In this document: in pieces, positions 1 through 11,439 of the stretch
Numbering within the stretch: the stretch's first letter is position 1
Layout: each line of letters begins with the position of its first letter
Source: Gemmatimonadales bacterium
GTDB taxonomy: Bacteria; Gemmatimonadota; Gemmatimonadetes; Gemmatimonadales; GWC2-71-9
Assembly (NCBI GenBank): GCA_041576235.1
Contig: JBFGLJ010000003.1
Coordinates: 1-39,316 of the forward strand
Direction: 5' to 3'
DNA length: 39,316 bases
Made by a program: the position numbers and the translations under genes
The notes under the pieces: model-generated
Database searches by the model: none
Seen by the model: the letters and a program-made list of their open reading frames with translations, nothing else
What the model was told of the DNA's origin: nothing

Positions 1-265
1 CGGCCTCCTTGACGCGCTCCTCGGGGGTGAGCGCCAGGTCCGCCTCGAGCTGAGCCCTCCGCTGTTCCCCGATGCCGGCCGCGGGTACCTGATACGGCGA
101 CACCGGCTCGGCCACCACCCTGGCCGGCCTCGTCTGTCCCGCCAGGTAGCGCCGCAGGGCCTCGACCATGAGCCAGCTCCGGGAGCGATCCAGCCCCCGG
201 GCAGCCCGGTCGGCCGCCTCCACCAACTCCTCGGGAATGGTGATCGAGATGCGGGTCAGGGGCAT
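1..265 (-). CDS. Ribbon-helix-helix (CopG/MetJ-Arc-like) protein, runs off the left edge
   Basis: Not in the ORF track. My translation from the ATG at 265 gives MPLTRISITIPEELVEAADRAARGLDRSRSWLMVEALRRYL, the RHH pattern (alternating beta strand, helix, SRS-helix). It continues ...EQRRAQLEADLALTPEERVKEA with no stop before base 1. Confidence 0.8.
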   Translation of the reverse strand, partial: MPLTRISITIPEELVEAADRAARGLDRSRSWLMVEALRRYLAGQTRPARVVAEPVSPYQVPAAGIGEQRRAQLEADLALTPEERVKEA

Positions 266-275
266 GATATGATAG

Positions 276-294
276 AGTAATATTTAGTAATATT
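276..294. promoter_or_regulatory. Candidate RHH operator: tandem AGTAATATT
   Basis: AGTAATATT at 276-284 and 286-294, a 10-bp period, each containing the AATATT palindrome. It is an AT-rich patch just upstream of the RHH start codon. Confidence 0.55.
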
Positions 295-318
295 CTGTGC
301 AATGGCCTGTCAGGTATC

Positions 319-445
319 GGCGGATGGGCGGACCGGCGGAAAGACGGAAGGCGGAAAGTGACGAGGCCAACCGACCCGCCGACTTTCCGCCTGACCGCCT
401 TTCCTACTTTCTACTCCCTACTCCCTGCTCCCTACTCCCTACTCC

Positions 446-448
<3 letters not shown>
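319..448. repeat. Inverted octamer array (GGCGGANN) hairpin followed by a CTACTCC heptamer array
   Basis: AGGCGGAAAGT (349-359) is the exact reverse complement of ACTTTCCGCCT (382-392). Five CT(A/G)CTCC units at 411-445 run into the katG stop codon (446-448). Confidence 0.8.
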
Positions 449-2707
<2,259 letters not shown>

Positions 2708-3148
2708 TCAGTCGGTTGAATCCGGGACGCGTGCCACGCACTCCGGGCAACGGCCCCAGTAGATCACCTCGGCTTCGTCGATCTCATAGCCCGCGTCGTC
2801 CGCCGCGGTCAGGCACGGGCGGACGCCGACCGCACAGTCGACGTCGACCATCCGGCCACAACTGCGGCAAATGAGGTGATGGTGGTTGTCGCCCACCCGG
2901 TCCTCGTAACGAGCCGGTGAGCCGGCAGGCTGGATGCGGCGGATCAAGCCCTTGTCGGCCAGGATGCCCAGGGCATCGTACACCGCCTGGCGGGAGATGG
3001 CCCCGATCTCGGTCCGGACCGCCTCGGCCACTTCCTCGGTGGTGCCATGCGGCCGACCGGCTACCGCCCGCAGCACCGCCAGCCGCTGGGCGGTGACCAG
3101 GAGGTCGTGCTGGCGGAGCAGATCGGCGGGATCGCGGGTGGGCATCAT
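2708..3148 (-). CDS. furA: Fur-family peroxide-responsive regulator (FurA/CatR/PerR-like)
   Basis: [39 protein letters not shown] and [13 protein letters not shown]. It lies directly upstream of katG. Start is ATG 3148 or 3145. Confidence 0.9.
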   Translation of the reverse strand: MMPTRDPADLLRQHDLLVTAQRLAVLRAVAGRPHGTTEEVAEAVRTEIGAISRQAVYDALGILADKGLIRRIQPAGSPARYEDRVGDNHHHLICRSCGRMVDVDCAVGVRPCLTAADDAGYEIDEAEVIYWGRCPECVARVPDSTD

Positions 3149-3159
3149 AGGCACCCAAT

Positions 3160-3190
3160 AGTCTATCTAATTCTGGATTATGTCAAGATG
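3160..3190 (-). promoter_or_regulatory. furA promoter with overlapping FurA-type operator
   Basis: The minus strand reads TCTTGACATAATCCAGAATTAGATAGACT: a perfect TTGACA -35 inside an AT-rich box. The -10 position is uncertain (TAGACT at 15-nt spacing). Confidence 0.6.
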
Positions 3191-3353
3191 TGGATGTAGG
3201 CCATGCCCGGCCCTGCTATCTGCTATCGGCTATTGGCTAACCAACGCACGACCCACTACTCACGACCGACGACTCAATTCCCACTCGCCCAGGGGCCGAT
3301 CGCGCCGTATTCTGTGACCTGCTTTTCCTCGAGCCACCACCAACGAGGCACTC

Positions 3354-4685
3354 ATGACCACGCCTGCGTCTCCCGGCACCAGTCGCCCGACCACCCGGGT
3401 GCTCGGCATCTGGATGTGCACCGCCCTCGTGGTGGGCAACATGATCGGGTCGGGCATTTTCCTGCTGCCGGCGTCGCTCGCGAGCTTCGGCCCCATCAGC
3501 ATCTTCGGTTGGTTGTTCACCGCCGCGGGCGCAATCCTTGTGGCCCTGGTGTTCGCACGGCTGGCGCGCATGATCCCCAAGGCCGGCGGCCCCTACGCCT
3601 ACGCGCGGAGCGGGTTCGGCGACTTCATGGGGTTCTTGATCGCGTGGGGCTACTGGATCTCGCTCATGAGCGGGAACGCCGCGATCGCCGTTGCCATGGT
3701 GAGCTATGCCGGGGTGTTCTTCCCGCCGCTTTCGGCAAACCCGGCGCTGGGCGCCGCCACCGCCGCCGCCGCGGGCTGGATCCTGACCGCGGTCAACATC
3801 ATGGGCATCAAGATGGCGGGCCGGGTGCAGGTGGTGACCACGGTGATCAAGCTCATCCCCCTCATCTTGATCGGCACCCTGGGGTTTGCGTTCTTCAACG
3901 CCGAGCACTTCGTGCCGTTCAACGTGAGCGGCCAGTCGTCCTTCTCCGCCATCACCGCCACGGCGACGCTCACCCTCTGGGCCTTTCTGGGGCTCGAGTC
4001 GGCCACCATTCCCGCGGGCGACGTGATCGACGCCGAACGCACCATCCCCCGGGCCACCATGCTAGGCACCGTGTTCACTTCGATCGTCTACATCCTGGCC
4101 ACGGCCGCCATCATGGGCATGATCGCCCCCGGCGACCTGGTGGCCTCCACCGCCCCGTTCGCGGACGCCGCCCGCCGAATGCTGGGCTCCTGGGCCGCGT
4201 ACCTGGTGGCCGCGGGCGCCGCCATCTCCTGCTTCGGCGCCCTGAATGGCTGGATCCTGAACCAGGGCCAGATCCCCATGGCGGCCGCCCGCGACGGACT
4301 CTTCCCCAAACCCATGGCCCGGCTGGCCCCGAGTGGCGCGCCGGCCACCGCCCTCGTGGTCTCGAGCATCTTCGTGACCCTGTTGCTGGCCGCCAACTTC
4401 ACCCGCGGCCTCGTGGGTCTCTTTACCTTCGTGATCCTGCTGGCCACCCTCACATCACTCATCCCCTATGTCTTTGCCGCGATGGCCCAAGTGGTGATCT
4501 TCCTCCGCGAGCCCGAGCGCTTCCGGGGCCAGCGTTTGGCCGGTCCCACCGTGATCGCGGTGCTGGCCTTCATCTACAGCATGTGGGCCGTGGCCGGCTC
4601 CGGGCGCGACACCGTGTACTGGGGATTCCTGCTGCTCTTGGCCGGGATCCCGGTGTATGTGTGGATGGCGAGGCGGGAGACATGA
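3354..4685 (+). CDS. APC-family amino acid/polyamine permease (AdiC/PotE/CadB-like)
   Basis: VGNMIGSGIFLLP, GGPYAYAR, WAFLGLESA and about 12 hydrophobic segments. Confidence 0.93.
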   Translation: MTTPASPGTSRPTTRVLGIWMCTALVVGNMIGSGIFLLPASLASFGPISIFGWLFTAAGAILVALVFARLARMIPKAGGPYAYARSGFGDFMGFLIAWGYWISLMSGNAAIAVAMVSYAGVFFPPLSANPALGAATAAAAGWILTAVNIMGIKMAGRVQVVTTVIKLIPLILIGTLGFAFFNAEHFVPFNVSGQSSFSAITATATLTLWAFLGLESATIPAGDVIDAERTIPRATMLGTVFTSIVYILATAAIMGMIAPGDLVASTAPFADAARRMLGSWAAYLVAAGAAISCFGALNGWILNQGQIPMAAARDGLFPKPMARLAPSGAPATALVVSSIFVTLLLAANFTRGLVGLFTFVILLATLTSLIPYVFAAMAQVVIFLREPERFRGQRLAGPTVIAVLAFIYSMWAVAGSGRDTVYWGFLLLLAGIPVYVWMARRET

Positions 4686-4707
4686 GACGTGAGTCGTGAG
4701 TCGTCGG
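4678..4707. repeat. GAGACGT/GAGTCGT heptamer array overlapping the permease stop codon
   Basis: GAGACAT GAGACGT GAGTCGT GAGTCGT. The TGA at 4683-4685 lies within it. Confidence 0.75.
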
Positions 4708-4765
4708 CCGCCGGTCGTCAGTCTACGGGCGGGCTGCGCCAGCCTGGCGTTCCGGCCGACCCTTG

Positions 4766-6454
4766 ATGAAGAGGCCCCATCCCTTGCCGAGCCTTCGTTC
4801 CTCGCTGCTCGCCCTCACCACCCTCGGTTTCGTTGCCACCTGCCGGCCCACAGCGCCGCTGGAGGCCCCCCGGCTGGTGTTGGTCCTGGTCGTGGACCAG
4901 ATGCGGGCCGACTACCTGGACCGCTTCGCCGACCGGCTGACCGGCGGGTTCGCGCGCCTGGTGGAGAACGGCGCGGTCTTCACCGACGCCCACCACGACT
5001 ACGCCGCCACCGAGACCGCACCCGGCCACGCGTCGATCGTGACCGGCCTGTATCCATCCCATCACGGCCTGGTGCGCAACGATTGGTACGACCGACGGCG
5101 CGCCAAGAAGGTCTACTCGGTGGAAGACGAGACGGCGCCGATCGTCGACAACCCCGCCGCGGCCGGCCGCTCGCCGGCCAACCTGACCGCCACCACCGTA
5201 GGCGACTGGCTCAAACGGCGCTCACCGAGAAGCCAGGTCTTTTCCGTCGCCATCAAGGACCGCTCGGCCATCGCCATGGGAGGCAAGCGGCCCGACGGGG
5301 CGTACTGGTACGACAAGACCAACGGGCATTTCGTAACGTCGCGGTATTACCGATCCGCGTATCCCGACTGGGTCTCCCAGTGGAACGCCGGTGAGCCGGC
5401 GGCCGCCTATCACGGCCGGGATTGGGAACGGCTCTTTCCTGAAGAGACCTACCGGGCGAGCCGAGAGGACGACTTCCCACCCGAGTCTGACGGCTCGAGC
5501 ACGACGTTCCCCCACTGGATCGGAGCCAGCGAGGCCAGCGGCGGCTGGCCGCACTACTACGGTAAGGTGCTGCTGCGCTCGCCCTTCGCGGACGAGCTGA
5601 CGCTCCGCTTCGCCAGGCGGCTCATCGAGCACGAGCAGCTGGGCGCCGACCCCACACCGGACCTCTTGTTCCTCGGTCTCTCGGCGGCCGACTACGTCGG
5701 CCACGCCTACGGTCCGTACAGCCAGGAAGTCGAGGACTACTACCTCCGGCTCGACCGGCAGCTCGATTCGCTGTTCACCTGGCTGGACCACCGCGTCGGC
5801 CGGGCCGAGTACGCCGTGGTGCTGACCGCCGATCACGGGGTGATGCCCATGCCCGAGGAACTGGCCCGCCGCGGGGTCCCGGCCGCGCGGGTGATGCGTC
5901 GGAGCCTCGAGGCGCGCGCCCAAAGCGTCCTGGATTCCGCCACGGCGCGGTCCACCGTCACGAACGGGCCCAGCCCTGCGGTGCACGGGCTCGGTGGCCT
6001 GGTGCTCGCCTGGCCGCGCCCGACATCGGACCGCGAGCGCGCCGAGGCCCATCGACGTGTCGCCGAGGCGCTCCGCGAGCTGCCGGCCGTCGTCGAGGCG
6101 TACGCATACGAGGAACTGCTGGGCGATGATGCCGGGCGGGGGCGGGGGCGGAGTCGGCCCTACCTCGAGGCCTTCCGCCGGAGCTTCACCCCCACCCGCT
6201 CGTCGGACATCGTGTGGCTGCCGGCGGAGCACACCCTGATCACCAATCGCTCCACCGAGACCTCGCACGGCACACCCTACGCGTACGACACCCACGTTCC
6301 GCTCGTCTTCATGGGCCCCGGCATCGCACACCGCCGCGACGCGCGGCCCGTGAGCATCACCACCGTGGCCCCGACGCTGGCCGCGCTCCTGGGACTGGAC
6401 GCCCGCTCGGGGCTGGACGGGGAGGCGTGGAAGGGAGTCGGGACCAGGCGGTAG
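4766..6454 (+). CDS. Alkaline phosphatase superfamily protein, PafA-like, exported
   Basis: VVDQMRADY, TETAPGHASIVTG (Thr nucleophile), KDRSA, DYVGHAYGP, TADHG, HGTPY.YDTHVP and an N-terminal signal peptide. Confidence 0.9.
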   Translation: MKRPHPLPSLRSSLLALTTLGFVATCRPTAPLEAPRLVLVLVVDQMRADYLDRFADRLTGGFARLVENGAVFTDAHHDYAATETAPGHASIVTGLYPSHHGLVRNDWYDRRRAKKVYSVEDETAPIVDNPAAAGRSPANLTATTVGDWLKRRSPRSQVFSVAIKDRSAIAMGGKRPDGAYWYDKTNGHFVTSRYYRSAYPDWVSQWNAGEPAAAYHGRDWERLFPEETYRASREDDFPPESDGSSTTFPHWIGASEASGGWPHYYGKVLLRSPFADELTLRFARRLIEHEQLGADPTPDLLFLGLSAADYVGHAYGPYSQEVEDYYLRLDRQLDSLFTWLDHRVGRAEYAVVLTADHGVMPMPEELARRGVPAARVMRRSLEARAQSVLDSATARSTVTNGPSPAVHGLGGLVLAWPRPTSDRERAEAHRRVAEALRELPAVVEAYAYEELLGDDAGRGRGRSRPYLEAFRRSFTPTRSSDIVWLPAEHTLITNRSTETSHGTPYAYDTHVPLVFMGPGIAHRRDARPVSITTVAPTLAALLGLDARSGLDGEAWKGVGTRR

Positions 6455-6611
6455 GGAGTTGGGACTACTCCTGACTCCTTGCTCCATCTATTCTTCCCTT
6501 GCACCGGACCCAAGCGGTTCGGCCCGTACTCGTGTCAAGCTGGCCTCCAGCGCATACCGAGGCGCCCGATTCTCGAAGGATCGGGCGTTTACTCGTTCAG
6601 AGGGTAGTCCC

Positions 6612-7760
6612 ATGCACCCAACGTCACTTCGGAGCCTCCTCCTCCCCACGGTCCTGATCACGGCATCGTCGCCACTCGCCATCGCCGCCCAGGCCCCAGC
6701 CACGGCCAACGCGGCAACGGCCGTCAAGGCGGTGGCCCCGCATGAGCTTCGAGAATCGGCCAAGCTTTCGGACAAGATCGAGCGAGCGCTCGAGGGCAAG
6801 GGCGATCTCAACTGGGACAAGGTGATCCCTGACTTGGAGGAATCGCGTGCCCGAATAGAGGCGTACTTGGGCCATCACCCTAGAGACGTCGGCGCGCTCA
6901 TCCTCAAGGTGCGACAGGGGATGGTGTTGGCCTTGCTCGAGCCCATGCAGGTGAACCTTTCAGAGGACGACACCTCGGGTGCGACCGCGGATCCATACGT
7001 GCCGCTCAATGAGGCACTGGACCGCGTTATTGCGCTCGAGCCCCGACTCGCCGAGGCCTACTATTGGAAGGCGCGCATCAGCGCCACCCAGATTCCCAGG
7101 TTCGTCGACGGCACATTTCAGATGGTGGCCGACTGGGACCAGGCCGCAGTCTGGTCTTCCAGGGCGGTGGAGCTCGCGCCTGAGAGTGTTCGCGTCCGCG
7201 AACTCCTGGCCCTGGCCCTGGCACAGCAGGGTGCGACCGACCGGGCGCTCGAAGTCATCGGGTCGGTCGAGGGCGGCAAGCATCTCCTGGCGATGATCCT
7301 CAAGGACTTCAAGGGCTTCCCGTTGCCGGCCAGCGCGGTCGCGCTCCCGGAGCGGGCCCAGACCTTCGCCCAGATGTTTGCGGTCGACGCCAGAGCGCGG
7401 TTCGGGCCTCAACGGGTCCGCGCCTACCTGGTGCCCGGTCCGGCGAGCGAGCTCGCGGCATTCTTCAAGGCCCAGTGGCCTACGTTCGAGCTGCGATCGG
7501 ACGATGGCGACGGCGACGCCGGGTCCGGCGAGGGACCGCGGGCCTTCACCCAATTCCTGGAGCCCAAGGGCAGCGGCTGGACGCCGGCCAAGACGTCCAA
7601 GAACACCGACTTCCTCAGTTCGAAATGGCCGGACAAGGGAATCCAGATGGTGGTCATGGAGTGGACGGCAGCGGCCGAGGCCGTGCGCGGCCAGTATCCG
7701 TCCACCGTCGAGCTGCCCGAGGTGTTCTGTGAGCTGGTGCTGTTGAACTTCAGGCAATAA
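6612..7760 (+). CDS. Secreted TPR-containing hypothetical protein
   Basis: Signal peptide after the ATG at 6612 (MHPTSLRSLLLPTVLITASSPLAIAA). TPR-like helices ALDRVIALEPRLAEAYYWKA and RAVELAPES. Confidence 0.65.
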   Translation: MHPTSLRSLLLPTVLITASSPLAIAAQAPATANAATAVKAVAPHELRESAKLSDKIERALEGKGDLNWDKVIPDLEESRARIEAYLGHHPRDVGALILKVRQGMVLALLEPMQVNLSEDDTSGATADPYVPLNEALDRVIALEPRLAEAYYWKARISATQIPRFVDGTFQMVADWDQAAVWSSRAVELAPESVRVRELLALALAQQGATDRALEVIGSVEGGKHLLAMILKDFKGFPLPASAVALPERAQTFAQMFAVDARARFGPQRVRAYLVPGPASELAAFFKAQWPTFELRSDDGDGDAGSGEGPRAFTQFLEPKGSGWTPAKTSKNTDFLSSKWPDKGIQMVVMEWTAAAEAVRGQYPSTVELPEVFCELVLLNFRQ

Positions 7761-7783
7761 CGAGAGGAAGAGGATTCCGCCGG

Positions 7784-9049
7784 TTACGCCTCGAGCTCCA
7801 GCCCGAACCCCGGCGCGTCGGGCAGGATGAGGTTTCCATCCCGCATGGTGTAGTTGGACATGTCGACGCCGGGGGTCCGGCCGGGAACGCCCTCGACCAT
7901 GGGGATGTTGCCGATGCCGCCCGCCAGCTGGGCGGTATGGTGGGTTCGCATGCACCACATCCAGGCGTGGGGTGAGGCGGTCACCCCGGCCTTGACGAGT
8001 TCAGGCATCACCTGTCGCCAGTTGGTGAATCCCACGACATCCAAGTCCAGCACGAACGTATCCACCAGTCCTTCTTCGGCGAGGGCGAAGAGTCGGTCGG
8101 TAAACGCGCTGGTATACCCGCCGAACCTGGTGGGACGGGTGTCGGCGTGCGCACGCCGCGATTCCCCATCGGCGATCAGGGCCTTGGAGCCCACGCGCTC
8201 CATCGCCTCGCGCAAACGGCGGTAGTCATCGAGGTTTTCGGCGAAGGCCTCTTCGATCCAGTAGAGCGCGCAGTCGGCCGTCTCACGGACATAGCGCGAT
8301 GCCTCTTCGACCGTGTATGCGTCGTTGGCATCCACCAGCACGCGGCAGTCGGGAAAGGCCTCGCACACCGCATGGGTCACGGCGATGTCGCGCTCGAGTC
8401 CGGCTTTCCGGGTCATCCATTGCCGTCCGCGACCGACTTTCAGTTTGAAGGCACGATAACCAGCATGGTAGTCTTGCTCGCACGCACCCAACACTGCTCG
8501 GATGCCCCGCGGCCGGTCCTGTGGGACAACGTCTTCCATGTAGATGGCGCCGCTATACACCCGCACGGCCCGCGGGCCCTCGCCGCCGATCATCTTCCAG
8601 ACCGGGACCGCCGCAATGCGCGCGGCGAGGTCGTGGAGCGGTTTGTCCAGCCACCAAGGCACGTCCTCGGCCTTCCCCTGGGACACGTCGAACAGATCGC
8701 CGATGGCGGTGCCGATGAACGGGCTCGGGTCGATCTCGTGAGCGCCGCCCATGCACCACCCGGTGACCCCGCGGTCGGTGGTGATGATTCTGGCCTGGAA
8801 GCTGCCGCCGCGTCCCACCGGCTCGCCGATCGCGTTTGGGCCAATGACGCGGGGGTAGCGGTCGACGAGTTCCCGGGACTCGATCGCCGCTATCCGGTGC
8901 TCGGCCAAGCGGCGGTTGGCGCTTGCCGCGTCGAAGGGGATATCCCGAGAAGGGGGAGGGAGTGAATCGCCGCCACAGGCCAGATTCACGAGCGACGCGG
9001 AGGACAGACTCCCAACCACCGTGTGCTTCAGGAAATCCCGCCGGTTCAT
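7784..9049 (-). CDS. Mandelate racemase/muconate lactonizing enolase-superfamily protein with Tat lipoprotein signal
   Basis: NRRDFLK Tat motif and lipobox LAC. Also FKLKVG, VDAN, WIEE, DGE and PH barrel motifs. Confidence 0.85.
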   Translation of the reverse strand: MNRRDFLKHTVVGSLSSASLVNLACGGDSLPPPSRDIPFDAASANRRLAEHRIAAIESRELVDRYPRVIGPNAIGEPVGRGGSFQARIITTDRGVTGWCMGGAHEIDPSPFIGTAIGDLFDVSQGKAEDVPWWLDKPLHDLAARIAAVPVWKMIGGEGPRAVRVYSGAIYMEDVVPQDRPRGIRAVLGACEQDYHAGYRAFKLKVGRGRQWMTRKAGLERDIAVTHAVCEAFPDCRVLVDANDAYTVEEASRYVRETADCALYWIEEAFAENLDDYRRLREAMERVGSKALIADGESRRAHADTRPTRFGGYTSAFTDRLFALAEEGLVDTFVLDLDVVGFTNWRQVMPELVKAGVTASPHAWMWCMRTHHTAQLAGGIGNIPMVEGVPGRTPGVDMSNYTMRDGNLILPDAPGFGLELEA

Positions 9050-9109
9050 GACACTGTACCAGCAGTGGGTGGGCGCGCTATTCCCACCGAATCGCCGCTG
9101 GGACGGCGG

Positions 9110-9146
9110 ATAACAAGAGCGGGACCAGTCTCACGACTGGCCCCGC
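9110..9146 (-). terminator. Probable intrinsic terminator of the 9193-10719 gene
   Basis: 12-bp stem GCGGGACCAGTC/GACTGGCCCCGC (one G-U pair on the minus-strand RNA) with a 4-nt loop, followed by UCUUGUUAU on the minus strand. Confidence 0.55.
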
Positions 9147-9192
9147 ACTCGTTTCCACACATGCTACGCACTCGTCGCGATGTCCTGCCTCC

Positions 9193-10719
9193 TTACATGG
9201 TCGCCCGTTTCATGATATCGGCTCGGGTCATCGCATAGCCAACGCTGTTGAAATTGTACACCGCGAGTTCTTGGAACATCTTGTTGGCTTGATCGGATTG
9301 TCCCGACTCGGCCAGGGCCACGGCGTGGAAGTACTTGTTGTAATCGCTGTTGGGGTTGCCCGCGGCGAGATGCTTGGCGGCATCGGCATAGTTCTTCTGA
9401 TAGAAATCGCTCATGCCGAGGATGGTGTGCATCCGCTCGAGCTTCCGCGGATTCGACACATTCGCCACGTGCTTCTCGAACTCGCTGGCCTTGGCCCGCG
9501 CCAGCTTGGCATTGCCCTGCCGGGCGGCCAACATTCCCTCCAAGAAGGCGATATTGGCTTCTTGGGCATTGGCAAACTGATCCGTGCCAACTTCCTTGGC
9601 CTGCTGCCGGCGAAGCTCCGCCATCTCCTTGAGCGCCGTTTGGGCGGCCGCGTAGTCCCCGTGGTGCGTCGCGATCTGCACCACGTTGGTCAAGGCGTTG
9701 ATCTTGATGTCCCTCTTCCCCTCGACGTCCATCGCGTCCGCTTTGGCCGCCAGCTCGTTGAGCTCGGCGATCGCCGCCTTGTGATCGCCTTCGTGGAGAT
9801 TCACGTACGCACGGAAGACGGCGAAGAACGGAGCGTTGTTGTTGCCCCGCGCCATCTCCATTTCCATCGACTTGTCATAGTCGGCGCGGGCCTCGTCGTA
9901 TTTGCCGAGGAATGAATTGACGTGACCACGCTGCTGGAGCGGCGAGCCCATATCGGGCGCCCGCTCGGCCGCCATGGTGTAGTCCTGATAGGCCGCCTCG
10001 AGATTCCCCTGGGCCCGGTGCACATCGCCCAAGAGGTCGTACGGATTGGGCTCGTTGGGCGCCAGGTCAATAGCCTTCTTGAAATGCTCTTCCGCCTTGG
10101 CGAAGTCTTTGGGTTCTTGGAACAGGTAGTTGTTGCCGGCCTGCATGTGGGCCGCAGCGAAGTCCGGCGCCAGCGCGATCGCCTTGGCGAGCGTCTCACG
10201 CGAATCGGCAACTTGGGTCAACCCAGTCTGAATACCCGCCAACATGAGCAGCGCTCGCGGGCTCTCGGGCTCGGCCGCCACCAACTCCTTTGCGGTGGCC
10301 AGCTGGCCGTCGGCATTGTTCTCGAACCCGAGTTGGGTGATCCGGATCATCAACTGCTCTGAGGGTGAAGCATTCGCCGAGAGCTCAACGGCCTTGGCGA
10401 GGTGGGCGGTGAACTCCTCGGTCGATGCCGCGCTGGTGGCGGCCCGGAGGTACCCAAGAGCGAAACTCGGGTCGGCTTCTACCGCCTTCTCGAAATGGTC
10501 GTTGGCCTCGAAAGAGTGCCCCATGTCCTGGGCGTGGAGACCGGCCTTGTAATGGTCCATGGCCGCGTCGACGGACGTGGTCACAGGCAGGGTCATCAAG
10601 ACTTCGCCGGCGGGATGAGACCCCATCGATGCCGCCATTTCCCCACCCTGCGGCCGCTCACACCCCGCCAGCACGGCCAGTGCCGACAGGACGATCAGCG
10701 ACGGGACTGCCTTGTGCAT
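9193..10719 (-). CDS. TPR-repeat lipoprotein
   Basis: Lipobox LAGC, multiple TPRs (FEKAVEADPSFALGY, KAIALAPDFAAAH, KKAIDLAPNEPNPYDLLGD) and a GGAGG SD upstream. Confidence 0.85.
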   Translation of the reverse strand: MHKAVPSLIVLSALAVLAGCERPQGGEMAASMGSHPAGEVLMTLPVTTSVDAAMDHYKAGLHAQDMGHSFEANDHFEKAVEADPSFALGYLRAATSAASTEEFTAHLAKAVELSANASPSEQLMIRITQLGFENNADGQLATAKELVAAEPESPRALLMLAGIQTGLTQVADSRETLAKAIALAPDFAAAHMQAGNNYLFQEPKDFAKAEEHFKKAIDLAPNEPNPYDLLGDVHRAQGNLEAAYQDYTMAAERAPDMGSPLQQRGHVNSFLGKYDEARADYDKSMEMEMARGNNNAPFFAVFRAYVNLHEGDHKAAIAELNELAAKADAMDVEGKRDIKINALTNVVQIATHHGDYAAAQTALKEMAELRRQQAKEVGTDQFANAQEANIAFLEGMLAARQGNAKLARAKASEFEKHVANVSNPRKLERMHTILGMSDFYQKNYADAAKHLAAGNPNSDYNKYFHAVALAESGQSDQANKMFQELAVYNFNSVGYAMTRADIMKRATM

Positions 10720-10933
10720 ACTACCTCCAATGTTGGTGGCGCTGAGCGGGTCTCAACCCGTTACGCCACAAATGGTTACGTCCAGACACCTGCATGAGCA
10801 TGTATCGAGGGCTGGGCCAACAATGGCCTCATGAAGCGGTGGGTGCAAGCGGAAGTCGAATACTCACTCGACGGACCAGGCCCCCGGGGAGTTGCAAGAC
10901 GCGGGTGGAGGGGTAGTGATTATGGAGGGACGT

Positions 10934-10991
10934 GAGTCATGAGTCTCTGGCGTCTCGCGTCTCACAACTCACGTCTCACGTCTCATGACTC
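10934..10991. repeat. CGTCTCA heptamer array bounded by a 10-bp inverted repeat
   Basis: GAGTCATGAG (10934-10943) pairs with CTCATGACTC (10982-10991). Internal units include CGTCTCG, CGTCTCA, CAACTCA, CGTCTCA. Confidence 0.8.
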
Positions 10992-11419
10992 GAATCATGA
11001 TCCCCCCGCTCGAGCTCACCCGCGAACTCCCCGTCCCGCCGGATCGGGTGTGGAAGGCGCTCACCGATCCCCAGGAGCTGGCCCTGTGGTTTCCCGACCA
11101 GGCCGAGGTCGACGTGCGGCCCGGCGGCCGCGGGTGGTTCGTCTGGAAGGACCATGGGCGCAAGGCCGTCAGATTCGAGCTGGTCGAACCGCCACATCGG
11201 CTGTGCTGGCGCTGGTCCCTCGAATCAAACGTCGCCGTCGATATCGGCACCACCACCCGGATCGAATGGACGCTCACCAAACGCCACGACGGCGGCACCA
11301 CCCTCCGGCTCGAGGAAAGCGGCTTCAAGACCGACTATCACCGGGAGTCCAACGCCAAGGGCTGGAAGCGGGAGTTGAAGGAGTTGGAGGCGTGTCTGGA
11401 CGTGAGTCGTGAGACGTGA
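10985..11419 (+). CDS. SRPBCC/AHSA1-like START-domain protein
   Basis: LTRELPVPPDRVWKALTDPQELALWF, DVRPGG, VEPPHRL.WRW, GGTTLRL.ESGF and GW...L.EL. Start is 10985 or 10997. Confidence 0.9.
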   Translation: MTRIMIPPLELTRELPVPPDRVWKALTDPQELALWFPDQAEVDVRPGGRGWFVWKDHGRKAVRFELVEPPHRLCWRWSLESNVAVDIGTTTRIEWTLTKRHDGGTTLRLEESGFKTDYHRESNAKGWKRELKELEACLDVSRET

Positions 11420-11439
11420 GACATGAGACGTGAGTCGTG
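11399..11439. repeat. TGAGACG heptamer array carrying the SRPBCC stop and the next ATG
   Basis: GACGTGAGTCGTGAGACGTGAGACATGAGACGTGAGTCGTG, with TGA at 11417-11419 and ATG at 11423-11425. Confidence 0.8.

Noticed and set aside
10745-10782. GTTACG pair and small hairpin upstream of the TPR lipoprotein
   Set aside because: Too short to distinguish from chance, and no riboswitch or promoter consensus could be supported.
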